A stretch of 34,640 bases of DNA from positions 1 through 34,640 of the forward strand of contig JAYUYF010000538.1 of the NCBI GenBank assembly GCA_043752605.1, in the 5' to 3' direction. The notes below the pieces were generated by a model that made no database searches, was not told the DNA's origin, and worked only from the letters and a program-made list of their open reading frames with translations. This stretch comes from Roseiflexaceae bacterium (GTDB taxonomy: Bacteria; Chloroflexota; Chloroflexia; Chloroflexales; Roseiflexaceae). Below, piece after piece: positions 8,541 through 18,546 of the stretch. The position numbers and the translations under genes are program-made. The stretch's first letter is position 1, and each line of letters begins with the position of its first letter.

Positions 8541-8792
8541 ACACGGGTTGAAAACAACACACGTATCAGGCTCCGCCCTCTGCGCATCCCCAAAGTATGT
8601 CGCTGTCTCAGGTGAGCACCTACGTGGTGCCCCGACGTCACCGCACGCACGGTATGATCTGTATTGCCCGCAACAGCGGCGTACGCAGAGTATCGTGTCT
8701 ATGGTCGATCGCGTTGGCGGGGCACAGCATTCGCACCCGATCGGAGCAGCGCCGACGGAATTTGTACTTCCGATGTACGGAGGATTGTTTTA

Positions 8793-9938
8793 ATGGACGT
8801 AGCCGAGATGACCGACCAAGATTTTGAAGGCCTCGACTGGACCCAGTTGCTCGATGAATATGACTATGCCCGGCCACAGCGCGGCGAAGTGCGCGAAGGC
8901 ATCGTCATGAAAGTTGAAGAGAGCAGCGTTCTTGTTTCGATTGGAACCAAGCGCGAAGGTATTATTCCTCAGAATGATCTCCGCCAGGTAGGCGATGAAG
9001 TAACCGGCAATCTCAAAGTCGGTGATCTCATCCAAGTCTACATTCAAGACCCCGAAAATCGTGATGGTGAGCTGATCCTGTCGCTCACGATGGTTCAGGT
9101 CGCACGCGACTGGGAAGAAGCTGCACGGCTGAGCACCGAGGGCGGTATTGTCCAGGGCCAGGTGATCGGCTATAACAAGGGTGGGCTGCTGGTGCAGTTC
9201 AACCGTATCCGTGGATTTGTGCCGGCCTCACAGGTCGCGCAGTTGCACGGGCGCACGGCAGCCGAGGAGCGCCAGCAGGCGCTGCAGCGCATGGTCGGCC
9301 AGACGATCCCGCTCAAGGTCATCGAAGTCGACCGTGAGCGCAACCGGCTGGTGCTCTCAGAGCGCAGCGCGACGCAAGAGTGGCGCAAGGCGCAGAAGAA
9401 CCGTCTGCTTACTGAGTTGCAGCCAGGTGATGTGCTCTCGGGCCGCGTCAACCAGCTCACCAACTTTGGTGCTTTTATCGACCTTGGTGGTGCCGATGGT
9501 CTGGCGCATATCTCTGAGCTCTCGTGGCAGCGTGTCAATCACCCGCGTGAGGTACTGACGCCCGGCCAGGAGGTCAAGGTGATGGTCGTCGAGATCGATC
9601 CAAGCCGCGAGCGGATCGGTCTGAGCCTGCGGCGCCTGCAGACCAACCCGTGGGAGACGATCGACCAGCGCTATACGCTTGGTCAGCTCGTCAGCGGCCC
9701 GGTCACCAACGTCGCACCGTTTGGTGCGTTCGTCCAGATCGAAGAAGCAGTCGAGGGGCTCATCCACGCCAGCGAGCTCGACAACGACCCGCAGGCGCAG
9801 CCGCGCGATCTGCTCCAGCCAGGGCAGACGATCACAGCGCGGATTATCAGCCTCGACAAGCAGCGCCAACGCATGGGTCTCAGCCTGCGCCGCGGCGATG
9901 GCGAGGAGATTACGCCCGCCGAGACCCCGGAGGAGTAG
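8793..9938 (+). CDS. rpsA: 30S ribosomal protein S1 (four S1 domains)
   Basis: Repeated S1-fold units (GEVREGIVMKVEE.., GGIVQGQVIGYNKGGLLVQF, GDVLSGRVNQLTNFGAFIDLGG.DGLAHISELS, GQLVSGPVTNVAPFGAFVQIEE.VEGLIHASEL). ATG 8793 has GGAGGA at 8779-8784. The ORF-track start at 8664 lies in the leader. Confidence 0.9.
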   Translation: MDVAEMTDQDFEGLDWTQLLDEYDYARPQRGEVREGIVMKVEESSVLVSIGTKREGIIPQNDLRQVGDEVTGNLKVGDLIQVYIQDPENRDGELILSLTMVQVARDWEEAARLSTEGGIVQGQVIGYNKGGLLVQFNRIRGFVPASQVAQLHGRTAAEERQQALQRMVGQTIPLKVIEVDRERNRLVLSERSATQEWRKAQKNRLLTELQPGDVLSGRVNQLTNFGAFIDLGGADGLAHISELSWQRVNHPREVLTPGQEVKVMVVEIDPSRERIGLSLRRLQTNPWETIDQRYTLGQLVSGPVTNVAPFGAFVQIEEAVEGLIHASELDNDPQAQPRDLLQPGQTITARIISLDKQRQRMGLSLRRGDGEEITPAETPEE

Positions 9939-9947
9939 AGGTAAAAC

Positions 9948-9979
9948 AATCGGCGACCTGTTCAAACAGGTCGCCGATT
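9948..9979. terminator. Bidirectional terminator between rpsA and gnd
   Basis: AATCGGCGACCTG / CAGGTCGCCGATT, perfect 13-bp stem with 6-nt loop. The minus-strand reading is followed by GTTTTAC. Confidence 0.7.
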
Positions 9980-9998
9980 ACTGTATCTCTCCTACGTG

Positions 9999-10901
9999 TT
10001 ATTCGGCCTTTTTGACCGCGTGGCCGCCAAACCCCTTGCGCAGCGCGGCGAGTACACGTGCACCGTACGAATCATCCTGGCGCGAATGAAAGCGCTCGAA
10101 CAGCGATGCGGTGATCACCGGCGCGGGGACATCGAGGTCGATCGCCTCCTGGATCGTCCAACGCCCCTCGCCACTATCCTGTACAAAACCCTTGATCTGA
10201 TCAAGCTTGGGATCCTGTGCAAACGCCTCTTCGGCCAGCTCGAGCAGCCACGAACGCACGACACTGCCGTGATTCCAGACGGCGGCGATTTTGTGCATGT
10301 CGAGGCCAAATTCCGTTTTGCTCGCCATGATCTGGAAGCCCTCGGCATACGCCTGCATCATGCCATACTCGACACCATTGTGTACCATTTTGACATAATG
10401 CCCGCTGCCGACCGGCCCGCAGTGTAGATAGCCATCTTCTGGTGCGAGCGTGATGAATGCCGGTTCAAGCCGCTTGACATATGTGTCGTCGCCACCAACC
10501 ATCAGACAATACCCCAGCTCGAGGCCCCAGATTCCGCCTGACGTTCCCTGATCCACGTAGCCGATACCCTGGGCGGCGAGCGTGATCGCGCGGCGCTGGT
10601 CATCGTGGTAATTGGTGTTGCCGCTGTCGATGATTACATCGCCCGGGCTCAGCAGCGTGGCCAGTGTATCAATCGCCTGCTGCGTCACATCGCCGGCTGG
10701 TAGCATGACCCACACCGCGCGCGGTACTTCGAGCGCGGCCACCAGTTCTTCGAGCGTACCGGTACCCTGCGCGCCATCGGCAACCAGTTCATCCACAGGT
10801 CCACGGCTGCGGTTGTGGACAACGACCTGGTGTCCGCCACGTAGCCAGCGGCGCGCCATATTAGCTCCCATGCGACCGAGCCCGGTGATCCCTATCTGCA
10901 T
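9999..10901 (-). CDS. gnd: 6-phosphogluconate dehydrogenase, short (~300 aa) decarboxylating type
   Basis: MQIGITGLGRMGANMARRWLRGGHQVVVHNRS Rossmann N-terminus, GDVIIDSGNTNYHDD, GTSGGIWG, GSGHYVKMVHNGVEYGMMQAYAEG. ATG 10901 is preceded by GAGGAGTGAGGAA. Confidence 0.85.
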   Translation of the reverse strand: MQIGITGLGRMGANMARRWLRGGHQVVVHNRSRGPVDELVADGAQGTGTLEELVAALEVPRAVWVMLPAGDVTQQAIDTLATLLSPGDVIIDSGNTNYHDDQRRAITLAAQGIGYVDQGTSGGIWGLELGYCLMVGGDDTYVKRLEPAFITLAPEDGYLHCGPVGSGHYVKMVHNGVEYGMMQAYAEGFQIMASKTEFGLDMHKIAAVWNHGSVVRSWLLELAEEAFAQDPKLDQIKGFVQDSGEGRWTIQEAIDLDVPAPVITASLFERFHSRQDDSYGARVLAALRKGFGGHAVKKAE

Positions 10902-10915
10902 TGGTTCCTCACTCC

Positions 10916-11257
10916 TCAATCAGCCGGTTCAAGATAAAAACTGAGCGGATACCCCGCCGCGCGCGCCTGGCTGTGCGCGTCGTAGACACGATCCTGCGCT
11001 TCGCGTAGCGGCAGCATGACGACCAGCGCGCGGCCTGCGGTGTGGGCTTCGCGCATGATCGCGACCGCCTGCTCATTCGATCGCACGAAGATAACCCGTA
11101 AGACAGTTACCACAAACTCCATCGGCGTCGTGTCGTCATTCTCGATGATAACACGGTATGGCCGATCGAGATCGGCTTCGGGCATCACCCGATAGTCGGT
11201 CGTAGGCGAGGTGGTCGTCTCGGGGAGTGGTAGTGTGATAACCTCTGACATCAGCAT
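10916..11257 (-). CDS. clpS: ATP-dependent Clp protease adaptor ClpS
   Basis: YRVIIENDDTTPMEFVVTVLRVIF..SNEQAVAIMREAHTAGRALVVMLPLREAQ is the ClpS core. The start overlaps the upstream regulator's stop (TGATG). Confidence 0.9.
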   Translation of the reverse strand: MLMSEVITLPLPETTTSPTTDYRVMPEADLDRPYRVIIENDDTTPMEFVVTVLRVIFVRSNEQAVAIMREAHTAGRALVVMLPLREAQDRVYDAHSQARAAGYPLSFYLEPAD

Positions 11258-11994
11258 CAGTTCTCGGAAAGCTTATAGCCCACGCCGCGAACTGTGACGA
11301 TGATGCGCGGTTTGGATGGCTCTATCTCGACCTTCTCGCGCAGGCGGCGCACGCAGACATCGACGAGATTGGTCTCGCCGACGTAATCGTAGCCCCAGAC
11401 CTCGCGAAACAGCGTCTCGCGGTCGAAGACATGGCCCGAGTTTGCGGCGAGAAAATAGAGCAACTCGAACTCCATCGGCGTGAGGTTGATTTCTTTACCG
11501 CGCACCAGCACGCGGTGACGCGGCTCGTCAATCTCAAGTTCGCCGACGCGCACAATCGGCGGCGCAGTACGATGTTTGTAGCCTTCAACGCGCCGCAGGA
11601 TCGACTCGACGCGTGCGAGCAGCTCGGCGGTGCGAAACGGCTTGTTGATGTAATCGTCTGCGCCGAGCTCAAAACCGTGGACAACATCATCCGTGCCATC
11701 GCGCGAGGTGATGATGATGATTGGCACATCAGAGCGTGCCCGAATGCGTTCGCAGGCCTCGAAGCCATCGACGTACGGCATCATCACATCGAGCATCACC
11801 AGATCAAACGATTGCTCCTCAAAGGCTTTTAATGCCTCGAGGCCGTTTTTGACAGCGATGATCTCGTAGCGTGGATCTTTGAGCGTAAACTGGATGAGCG
11901 CCGCGATCGACGGATCATCATCGGCGATGAGAATACGGCGTGGCGCGCTCTGTTCTTCGATCGAGCGGTCGGACGTTCTTCGAATTAGTCGCAT
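11257..11994 (-). CDS. OmpR-family response regulator (REC + winged helix)
   Basis: ILIADDDPSIAALI, DLVMLDVMMPYVDGF, PIIIITSRD, DDYINKPF, then LTPMEFELLYFLAANSGHVF...VRGVGYKL. ATG 11994 is preferred. GTG 12003 is an alternative start. Confidence 0.85.
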   Translation of the reverse strand: MRLIRRTSDRSIEEQSAPRRILIADDDPSIAALIQFTLKDPRYEIIAVKNGLEALKAFEEQSFDLVMLDVMMPYVDGFEACERIRARSDVPIIIITSRDGTDDVVHGFELGADDYINKPFRTAELLARVESILRRVEGYKHRTAPPIVRVGELEIDEPRHRVLVRGKEINLTPMEFELLYFLAANSGHVFDRETLFREVWGYDYVGETNLVDVCVRRLREKVEIEPSKPRIIVTVRGVGYKLSEN

Positions 11995-12025
11995 GCATAC
12001 CACCAGGACTCGTACGGTTCAAGTC

Positions 12026-12054
12026 AGTATACGATCGAACCGACGCGCCGTAAA
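12026..12054 (-). promoter_or_regulatory. Putative promoter for the regulator-clpS-gnd unit
   Basis: Minus strand reads TTTACG, 17 nt, TATACT. Hexamer match only. Confidence 0.3.
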
Positions 12055-12072
12055 GTACGACGCGCGGCGATC

Positions 12073-13395
12073 TTAGCCAGCTTCAGGTATGCGGCGGCGG
12101 CTGATGGCGCGATCCGTGGTGCGTGGCACGGTGATCGGATGACCACGGCCGTGAACCACCTCGGCGTTGATAATACAACGCCCGATGTGATCGTGCGACG
12201 GAATATCGTACATCACATCGAGCAGCACTTCCTCGACGATCGTACGTAGCGCGCGCGCGCCGGTGCGGGCGGCCAGCGCTTTGTCGGCAATCGCCTCGAG
12301 CGCATCATCCGTGACTTCGAGTTCGACGTTATCGATCTCGAGCATTTTCTGGTACTGACGGATGATCGCGTTCCGCGGCTCGGTCAAGATTCGGAGCATC
12401 GCCGATCGGTCGAGCGGCTCGAGCGCGACCGTAACCGGCAGACGGCCGATAAACTCGGGGATAAAGCCGTAGCGCAGCAGATCGTCTGGCGTACACTGCG
12501 TGATCAGCGCGCGCTCGTTGATCGGGGCTGCGGCGTCGCCTGCGGCATCGCTCTGGAAGCCAATCGTGCGCCCCTTGCCAACCCGCTGCCCGATGACCTT
12601 CTCAAGGCCTTCGAACGCACCGCCGCAGATAAACAACACGTGCGAGGTATCGAACGAGATATACTCCTGCTGCGGGTGCTTACGGCCGGGCAGTGGTGGC
12701 ACGTGGGCATTGCAGCCTTCGAGGATCTTGAGCAGCGCCTGCTGCACACCTTCGCCCGAGACATCACGCGTAATCGATGGATTGTCGCTTTTGCGCGTAA
12801 TCTTATCGATCTCATCGATATAGATAATGCCGGTCTGTGCGCGCTCGATATCGCCATCGGCGGCCTGGATGAGGCGCAGCAAAATATTCTCGACATCCTC
12901 GCCAACATATCCGGCCTCAGTGAGCGCGGTGGCATCGGCTATCGCAAATGGCACATCGAGCACCTTGGCGAGTGTCTGCGCCAGCAACGTCTTGCCGCTG
13001 CCAGTCGGGCCGATCAGCAACACGTTGCTCTTGCCGATCTCGACATCTTCGACGGCATAATTGGCGCGTAGCCGTTTGTAGTGATTGTAGACCGCGACCG
13101 AGAGGACAATTTTGGCGCGATCCTGGCCGATCACATACTGATCGAGCCGCTCCTTAAGCCGCCGGGGGACGGGCAGGCGAGACGGGCCAAGCGGGGCGGT
13201 GCGCTTTGGCGGCGGTGCCTTGGCGGCGGTCTCTTCGGCGATGATCGCCCCGCAGAGCGCCACGCATTCATCGCAGATAAAGACGGTGCCAGGTCCGGCG
13301 ATCAGGCGCTGAACCTCTTCCTGACCACGACCGCAGAACGAGCAGGTATAGCTACTCCCGCGATTGCTATGGCCGCTGCTACGCGAGCGTGTCAT
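12073..13395 (-). CDS. clpX: ATP-dependent Clp protease ATP-binding subunit ClpX
   Basis: N-terminal zinc finger [28 protein letters not shown], Walker [16 protein letters not shown], Walker [17 protein letters not shown] sensor. Confidence 0.95.
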   Translation of the reverse strand: MTRSRSSGHSNRGSSYTCSFCGRGQEEVQRLIAGPGTVFICDECVALCGAIIAEETAAKAPPPKRTAPLGPSRLPVPRRLKERLDQYVIGQDRAKIVLSVAVYNHYKRLRANYAVEDVEIGKSNVLLIGPTGSGKTLLAQTLAKVLDVPFAIADATALTEAGYVGEDVENILLRLIQAADGDIERAQTGIIYIDEIDKITRKSDNPSITRDVSGEGVQQALLKILEGCNAHVPPLPGRKHPQQEYISFDTSHVLFICGGAFEGLEKVIGQRVGKGRTIGFQSDAAGDAAAPINERALITQCTPDDLLRYGFIPEFIGRLPVTVALEPLDRSAMLRILTEPRNAIIRQYQKMLEIDNVELEVTDDALEAIADKALAARTGARALRTIVEEVLLDVMYDIPSHDHIGRCIINAEVVHGRGHPITVPRTTDRAISRRRIPEAG

Positions 13396-13449
13396 GCAAA
13401 CTCCATCGATTGTACCCGGGGCTTATCACCGGCTGTGTGGTGCAAACGA

Positions 13450-13471
13450 GGGCGACCACCGCTGGCCGCCC
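13450..13471 (-). terminator. Hairpin in the clpP-clpX spacer (possible attenuator or processing site)
   Basis: Minus-strand RNA GGGCGGCCA-gcgg-UGGUCGCCC forms a 9-bp stem with one G-U pair, followed by UCGUUUG. The U tract is weak. Confidence 0.3.
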
Positions 13472-13509
13472 CGCTACGAACCTGGAAATAGCTGATCGAA
13501 CCAAACGAC

Positions 13510-14172
13510 CTAAATCGTGCCGACATCATCGCGAGTCAGGATTTCATCGATGATGCCATATTCTTTGGCCTGTGTCGGATCCATAAACATGTCGCGGTCA
13601 AAATCGCGCGAAATGCGTTCGATCGGCTGGCCGGTATCTTTTGCGAGCAACTCACGAATGATTTGCTGCTCGCGCAACATCTCACGCGCCATGATCTCGA
13701 CATCGGGGGCATAGCCGCGCGCGCCGCCACCGGCCGGATGCATATGAACTGTCGAATGTGGCAGGCTGTAGCGTTTGCCCTTGGCACCGCCAGCGAGGAT
13801 CGGCGTGGCCATACTACCCGCCATACCGAGGCAGACCGTCGCCACATCGGGGCGGATCAGCCGCATCGTGTCATAAATTGCCAGACCGGCCGTGATCGAG
13901 CCACCCGGACTATTGATATACAGCCGGATCTCGCGTTCGGGGTCTTCGTGCTCGAGAAACAGCAACTGCGCGACGATCAAATTGGCGATCTGATCTTCGA
14001 TCGGCGTGCTGAGCATCACAATTCGCTCTTTGAGCAGCCGTGAATAAATATCCATCCCGCGCTCACCACGGCTGGTGGTCTCGACAACGTATGGTACCAG
14101 CGCCTGCGGCCCCGAGATCCAGCGCGCGTCAAATTCAAGCTGTGCCTTCATGCGCTCCTCTTTCCTCATCAT
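13510..14172 (-). CDS. clpP: ATP-dependent Clp protease proteolytic subunit ClpP
   Basis: [13 protein letters not shown]...[41 protein letters not shown], catalytic-Ser context GMAGSMA, HMHPAGG. The ATG overlaps the tig stop (ATGA). Confidence 0.95.
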   Translation of the reverse strand: MMRKEERMKAQLEFDARWISGPQALVPYVVETTSRGERGMDIYSRLLKERIVMLSTPIEDQIANLIVAQLLFLEHEDPEREIRLYINSPGGSITAGLAIYDTMRLIRPDVATVCLGMAGSMATPILAGGAKGKRYSLPHSTVHMHPAGGGARGYAPDVEIMAREMLREQQIIRELLAKDTGQPIERISRDFDRDMFMDPTQAKEYGIIDEILTRDDVGTI

Positions 14173-15521
14173 TCCAGAGCCACGCCGCCGCCAACCTCCC
14201 CCACTGACTCGACGGCGATCGGCACCGTCCCGGTCGCGAGTTGCAGGATTCGCTCGCGCAACTTGCGATCGATCACCGAACTGGCGACACTATCGATCAA
14301 TTGGCCCGAAAGCATCTCACGGGCGCGCTCGCGCATCGCTTCATCGTAGCCTTCGACGAGCCGGTCAACTTCAGCGTTGAGTTCTTCGGCACCAAGCGCG
14401 ATACCCTCGCGCCGCAGCAGTTCGCGCATCACCAGATTAACCTTGAGTCGCTCTTCACCTTGCGGCAAGATCTCAGCGACGGCATCATCGCGGGTACGGC
14501 CCTGCATCTCGTAGATCTGCTCAGGTGTAATACCGTAGCGCGCATATTCTGATTCGCGCTGCTGGAGCAGGCGGCTGGCCTCGCGCTCGATCAACGCGGC
14601 CGGCAGATCAAATGACGTCTGACCGACCAGTTGCTCGACAAAACCATCGATGACTTTTGTTTCGGCAGTGTCGTTGGCAGCCTTGACCAGGTCTTCGTGG
14701 GTCTTGGTGCGCAACTCGTCAAGCGTGCCCTCGAATTCTTCGAGCGTCGGCAGTTCGTCAAAATCGGGCAGCAGGCGCTCCTCGATCTTCTGAACCGTCA
14801 CAACGAAATCGACGGTCTTCCCCGCGACTTCATCGTTGTTATGATCATCGGGCATCTGCGAGACAACCGCGATCGTTTGATCGATCTGTGCGCCAACCAG
14901 CCCTTCGAACAAACCGGGTGCGAGCCGCTCGGACTCCAGCACCAGTGTCGACGGGGCGGGCGGCGTGCCCGGCTCGCGATCGTCGAGCGGCTCACCGTTG
15001 ACCGAAGCTTCGAGCAGTACGGTGAGTTGATCGCCGACCTGTGCCGCGCGCGGCTCTTCAGGCTCGCGCAATACCACATGGCGCTCACGGCGACTTTCCA
15101 TCGCGGCATCGAGCATCTCGTCCGTCACGGCGACAGGCTCATTTGCGATCCGGATCGATTGATAATCGGGAACTTCGATCTCGGGCTCGACCTGTACTTC
15201 GACGATAAAATGATAGGGCTCTTCGTCAAGATTGACTGTGGTAATATTTGCCTGCGCCAGTGGCTCAAGCTTTTCCTGCTCAAGCGCGGCACGAAATGAT
15301 CGATTGATCAGATCATCCATCGCTTCTTCAAGAATTGCCGCGCGGCCAAAATAGTTTTCGATAATAAAGCGTGGCGCTTTGCCTTTGCGAAAACCAGGGA
15401 TGGTATGCTTATCGGAGAGCCGACGTGATGCACGATCAAGACCTTTTTCGACCTGCTCACGCGGAATCTCTACCGTTAGGGCAACGATACTGCCGGGCTT
15501 TTTTTCCGTCGTAACCTTCAC
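14169..15521 (-). CDS. tig: Trigger factor
   Basis: (V)[19 protein letters not shown]...[19 protein letters not shown] is the ribosome-binding signature. GTG 15521 has GGGAGA 6 nt upstream. The ORF-track start at 15542 adds 7 unlikely residues. Confidence 0.9.
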   Translation of the reverse strand: MKVTTEKKPGSIVALTVEIPREQVEKGLDRASRRLSDKHTIPGFRKGKAPRFIIENYFGRAAILEEAMDDLINRSFRAALEQEKLEPLAQANITTVNLDEEPYHFIVEVQVEPEIEVPDYQSIRIANEPVAVTDEMLDAAMESRRERHVVLREPEEPRAAQVGDQLTVLLEASVNGEPLDDREPGTPPAPSTLVLESERLAPGLFEGLVGAQIDQTIAVVSQMPDDHNNDEVAGKTVDFVVTVQKIEERLLPDFDELPTLEEFEGTLDELRTKTHEDLVKAANDTAETKVIDGFVEQLVGQTSFDLPAALIEREASRLLQQRESEYARYGITPEQIYEMQGRTRDDAVAEILPQGEERLKVNLVMRELLRREGIALGAEELNAEVDRLVEGYDEAMRERAREMLSGQLIDSVASSVIDRKLRERILQLATGTVPIAVESVGEVGGGVALE

Positions 15522-15565
15522 CAGACATCTCCCATGTTGCATTGCTCTTCCAGCTAGCTCCGCGT

Positions 15566-15574
15566 ATTATAGCA
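15566..15574 (-). promoter_or_regulatory. Extended -10 promoter (TGcTATAAT) for tig-clpP-clpX
   Basis: Minus strand reads TGCTATAAT about 45 nt upstream of the tig start. No good -35 element. Confidence 0.5.
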
Positions 15575-15597
15575 CGGATAGCGCCGTAGCCACGTAG

Positions 15598-15621
15598 GCC
15601 CCCGTGGCAGGCTACGGGGGC
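15598..15621 (-). terminator. GC-rich hairpin downstream of the phosphatase gene
   Basis: GCCCCCGT / ACGGGGGC, 8-bp stem with 8-nt loop, 16 nt after the stop (TGA, 15637-15639). No U tract. Confidence 0.4.
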
Positions 15622-15636
15622 TACAGGGCGATGGCA

Positions 15637-16134
15637 TCATCGGCTGGCAGCGTATGCATGCAGGGCGGTGAGTTGTTCGGTGTTTGGCATCACGATCGTA
15701 CGCGCACGCGCAATCAGCCTGATCGCCTGGGCGGGTGTGTGGCCCTCGGCCACCAAGCACGCAGCAGCAGCGATCGGCGCACGCCCGACGCCCGCGCGGC
15801 AATGTACAAACAGCGGCAGGCCATCGCGCCGTGCGGCAGTACCAAACGCTGCTGCTACGTGCAACTGCTCGATTGTGGGTGCGTGATAATCGATCACTGC
15901 TACGCGCAGCGTACGATCGGGTGGCGTGCCGCTGAAACGGTCGACGTTTTCAGCTTGCATACTCAAGACCGCACGCACGCCCAGCGCGGCAATTGTTGGC
16001 CACTCATCCGCACGAAATTGCCCGCCGACGAATAACAACGGGTCGATCTGCGTAAGATTCGGGCGCAAAAATCGCGATAACAGATCGGTGAGATAGCGGC
16101 GTGTCGCACTCTCGTTTGTTGCCGGGTCATTCAC
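15637..16134 (-). CDS. Dual-specificity / tyrosine protein phosphatase
   Basis: CX5R active-site loop VHCRAGVGRAP, and LFVGGQF near the N-terminus, typical of the DSP fold. Confidence 0.8.
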   Translation of the reverse strand: MNDPATNESATRRYLTDLLSRFLRPNLTQIDPLLFVGGQFRADEWPTIAALGVRAVLSMQAENVDRFSGTPPDRTLRVAVIDYHAPTIEQLHVAAAFGTAARRDGLPLFVHCRAGVGRAPIAAAACLVAEGHTPAQAIRLIARARTIVMPNTEQLTALHAYAASR

Positions 16135-16215
16135 AGTCGTTTTCCCTCATCCTGCTATACTGACAGGATACCATGTTCTGTCGCGCACACGGGTGCTCAG
16201 TTTGTGAGGGCAATG

Positions 16216-17193
16216 ATGCGAATTTTGACCGCGGATGATGTGCGGCGCGTGGTGCCGATGGAGCTGGCGGTGCGAGCGGTGGCGGTGGCATTTGCGCAGC
16301 TAGCGCGTGGCACCGCGCAGGTGCCGCTCCGTACGGATGTGGCGCAGGAGCAGTATGCATCGCATAGTTTCTTTATGCCGGCACTCCTCGGTGAGAGCGG
16401 CGAACTGGGCATGAAAGTGGTCTCGGTCTTCCCGCACAATGCGTCGCAGGGGCTGCCGGTGATCCACGCGCTAGTGGTCCTCATCGAAGCGGCGACCGGG
16501 CGGCCGCTGGCGATGCTCGATGGCCGCTATCTGACCGCCCTGCGCACGGGTGCTGCATCCGGTGTCTCGGCGCAGTACATGGCGCGTGCCGATGCGCAGG
16601 TGCTGGCGATCATCGGCGCAGGCGCGCAGGCAGCGCATCAGGTCGAAGCGGTCTGCGCGGTGCGGCCAATCGAGCGGGTGCTGATCGTCAACCGTGGCAC
16701 CGCCCGCGCCGAGATCCTGCGTGCGACGCTCGTCGCACGTGGGATCGGCGGCGATGTACGGATAGCAACATCGGCGCGCGCCGCGCTCGCTGAGGCCGAC
16801 ATCGTGTGTTGTGCCACGTCATCCGCAACGCCGGTCTTCGCTGATGCCGATGTACGACCGGGGACTCATATCAGTGGTGTCGGCAGCTTTACACCCGCGA
16901 TGGCCGAGGTGCCCGCCGCCACGATCGGGCGCGCGCGCGTTGCTGTCGATCAACACATAGCTGCCTGGCACGAAGCGGGTGATCTAATAGCCGCGCGCGC
17001 GGCGGGTCTGATCGACGAGACACGCACGGTCGAGTTAGGCGCGATCATCGCCGGACGTGTACCCGGGCGCAGCACGGCCGACGAAATCACCTTTTTCAAA
17101 TCGGTAGGGAATGCGGTGCAGGATGTTGCAGTCGGGCATGTTGCGCTTGCCGAGGCCATGCGGATGGGGATCGGGGTTGAGGTGGGGTTGTAG
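16216..17193 (+). CDS. Ornithine cyclodeaminase / mu-crystallin family protein
   Basis: MRILTADDVRRVVPMELAVRAVAVAF..G....P.R, LTALRTGAASGVSAQYMAR, LAIIGAGAQAAHQVEAV Rossmann motif, FKSVGNAVQDVA. GAGGG lies 5 nt before ATG 16216. ATG 16213 and GTG 16204 are alternatives. Confidence 0.85.
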   Translation: MRILTADDVRRVVPMELAVRAVAVAFAQLARGTAQVPLRTDVAQEQYASHSFFMPALLGESGELGMKVVSVFPHNASQGLPVIHALVVLIEAATGRPLAMLDGRYLTALRTGAASGVSAQYMARADAQVLAIIGAGAQAAHQVEAVCAVRPIERVLIVNRGTARAEILRATLVARGIGGDVRIATSARAALAEADIVCCATSSATPVFADADVRPGTHISGVGSFTPAMAEVPAATIGRARVAVDQHIAAWHEAGDLIAARAAGLIDETRTVELGAIIAGRVPGRSTADEITFFKSVGNAVQDVAVGHVALAEAMRMGIGVEVGL

Positions 17194-17232
17194 CGCGTCG
17201 TGTGGCAAGATACATGCAGGGTAGCAGTGTCG

Positions 17233-17280
17233 GGCAAAACAATCGCCCCGGTGACATACCACCGGGGCGATTGTTTTGCC
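17233..17280. terminator. Bidirectional terminator, perfect 21-bp stem
   Basis: GGCAAAACAATCGCCCCGGTG - ACATAC - CACCGGGGCGATTGTTTTGCC, between the convergent OCD-family gene and the 110-aa gene. Confidence 0.75.
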
Positions 17281-17291
17281 TGTACAGGTGA

Positions 17292-17624
17292 TCAACCCAG
17301 CGTCTTGCCGACTTTGCTGAGCGCGTTGCCAAGCTGCGTGAGTTTGGCGCTGTAGGCCGCATCGGCCGCTTTCGCGCAGGCGCTGGTCTGCTCGCCGAGG
17401 CGGCTGAGGATGCCACCAATCTTCTTGCCATCAAGCGACTTGTTATCGAGCGCATTGCGCAATTCGCCAAGCGTCTCACTGACTTCCGTCAGCGCCGCAT
17501 CGCTGCTCTGGCCGAGCGCGCGGCGCCAGGTGCTGATAACCTCGAGTGCATCGGCTGGCTTGATCTTGGTGAGATCGCCGCTGAGCGCCTCGATCGTCGT
17601 ATCCAAATGCTCTTGCTGATCCAT
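17292..17624 (-). CDS. Hypothetical all-helical 110-aa protein
   Basis: Clean ORF with protein-like composition and internal L..LG.AL repeats (LGELRNAL, LSRLGEQT, LTQLGNAL). No recognisable family. Last gene of the minus-strand photolyase block. Confidence 0.5.
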   Translation of the reverse strand: MDQQEHLDTTIEALSGDLTKIKPADALEVISTWRRALGQSSDAALTEVSETLGELRNALDNKSLDGKKIGGILSRLGEQTSACAKAADAAYSAKLTQLGNALSKVGKTLG

Positions 17625-17689
17625 TGAGATCTCCTCTCTTCACTGGGTCTCTAACCCAATGTATTTTGGAGCAAGATACGTGCCAGTTG

Positions 17690-18523
17690 CTAGCGGCGCT
17701 GGCCGCGATCGTCTTGATTATTTGCGGGCTTGTGCGGAAACAGATCGTCTTCGAGCACCTCGTAGCTCGCATCGAGTGGGCAGTTTTTTGCCAGTGGACA
17801 CGCGCGGCAGTAGACAGCATCGGTGTAGCGCTCAAGATTATCGCGGTTGAAGAAGTACGGTTTGTGGCTAAAGGTGCTGGCAACCCATTGCCACGAGAGA
17901 TTGTTGCTTGCCGGGTCACCATCGAGCAGATGCTGCAAAAACCAGCGCGCCCCCGCCTGCCATCTGACGCGCCGCCAGTGGACGATATACGCCGCCAGCC
18001 ACAGCCGCATATGATTGTGCAGATAACCATTGTTGTGCAATTCGGCGGCGAACCCGTCCATGCAGGCCAGCCCGGTCGTGCCGTTGCGCACGTCATGCGG
18101 CAGGTCATCGGCGTACTCCCGCGCGGCGAAGCCGGTCTTGTACGGCTCACGATCGTGCCAGATGCCGTTGCCAAGCTGGGCATACAGCCGCTGCCAGTAA
18201 TCGCGCCAGCCGAGTTCATTCACAAACTTGCGGGCGTCGTCCGGGCGGCGCACACGGGTGAGAACGTGATCACGCACCTCAGCGAGGCTGAGGACACCGT
18301 GGCGGATGTAGGGCGAGAGCCGAGTAATTGCCCCGCCGATGTGGTTGCGCGATGCGGCGTATTGCCGTGGCTCAACGGCGCTGAGCTTCTCTTCGGCCGC
18401 AGCACGCCCGCCGATGATTGTACTGATGGCTGGGTCAACCTGTGCGGCAACGGGGAATTGTTCGCGGATGTAAGATGCCAGATCTTCGCGGTCGGCGAAC
18501 TCGCGGCGCATGTCGTTGGTCAT
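17690..18523 (-). CDS. Photolyase/cryptochrome FAD-binding-domain-only protein (no N-terminal alpha/beta domain)
   Basis: GGRAAAEEKL...YAASRNHIGGAITRLSPYIRHGVLS, NELGWRDYW, GTTGLACMDGFAAELHNNGYLHNHMRLWLAAY, LLDGDPASNNLSWQWVAST. ATG 18523 (MTNDMRREF) is preceded by GGAG. The upstream part of the ORF-track ORF is repeat-encoded. Confidence 0.75.
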   Translation of the reverse strand: MTNDMRREFADREDLASYIREQFPVAAQVDPAISTIIGGRAAAEEKLSAVEPRQYAASRNHIGGAITRLSPYIRHGVLSLAEVRDHVLTRVRRPDDARKFVNELGWRDYWQRLYAQLGNGIWHDREPYKTGFAAREYADDLPHDVRNGTTGLACMDGFAAELHNNGYLHNHMRLWLAAYIVHWRRVRWQAGARWFLQHLLDGDPASNNLSWQWVASTFSHKPYFFNRDNLERYTDAVYCRACPLAKNCPLDASYEVLEDDLFPHKPANNQDDRGQRR

Positions 18524-18546
18524 TGAATTGATCTCCAATTGGGTAT

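Noticed and set aside
8664-8792. Upstream 43-codon extension of rpsA from the ORF track
   Set aside because: It has no RBS and a non-protein-like sequence. ATG 8793 has a perfect GGAGGA and starts the conserved S1 N-terminus.
17476-18526. 247-aa (minus) and 300-aa (plus) ORFs overlapping the photolyase-like gene
   Set aside because: They are alternative-frame or antisense ORFs with Arg/Cys/Ala-rich composition. The 17690-18523 frame carries unmistakable photolyase motifs.
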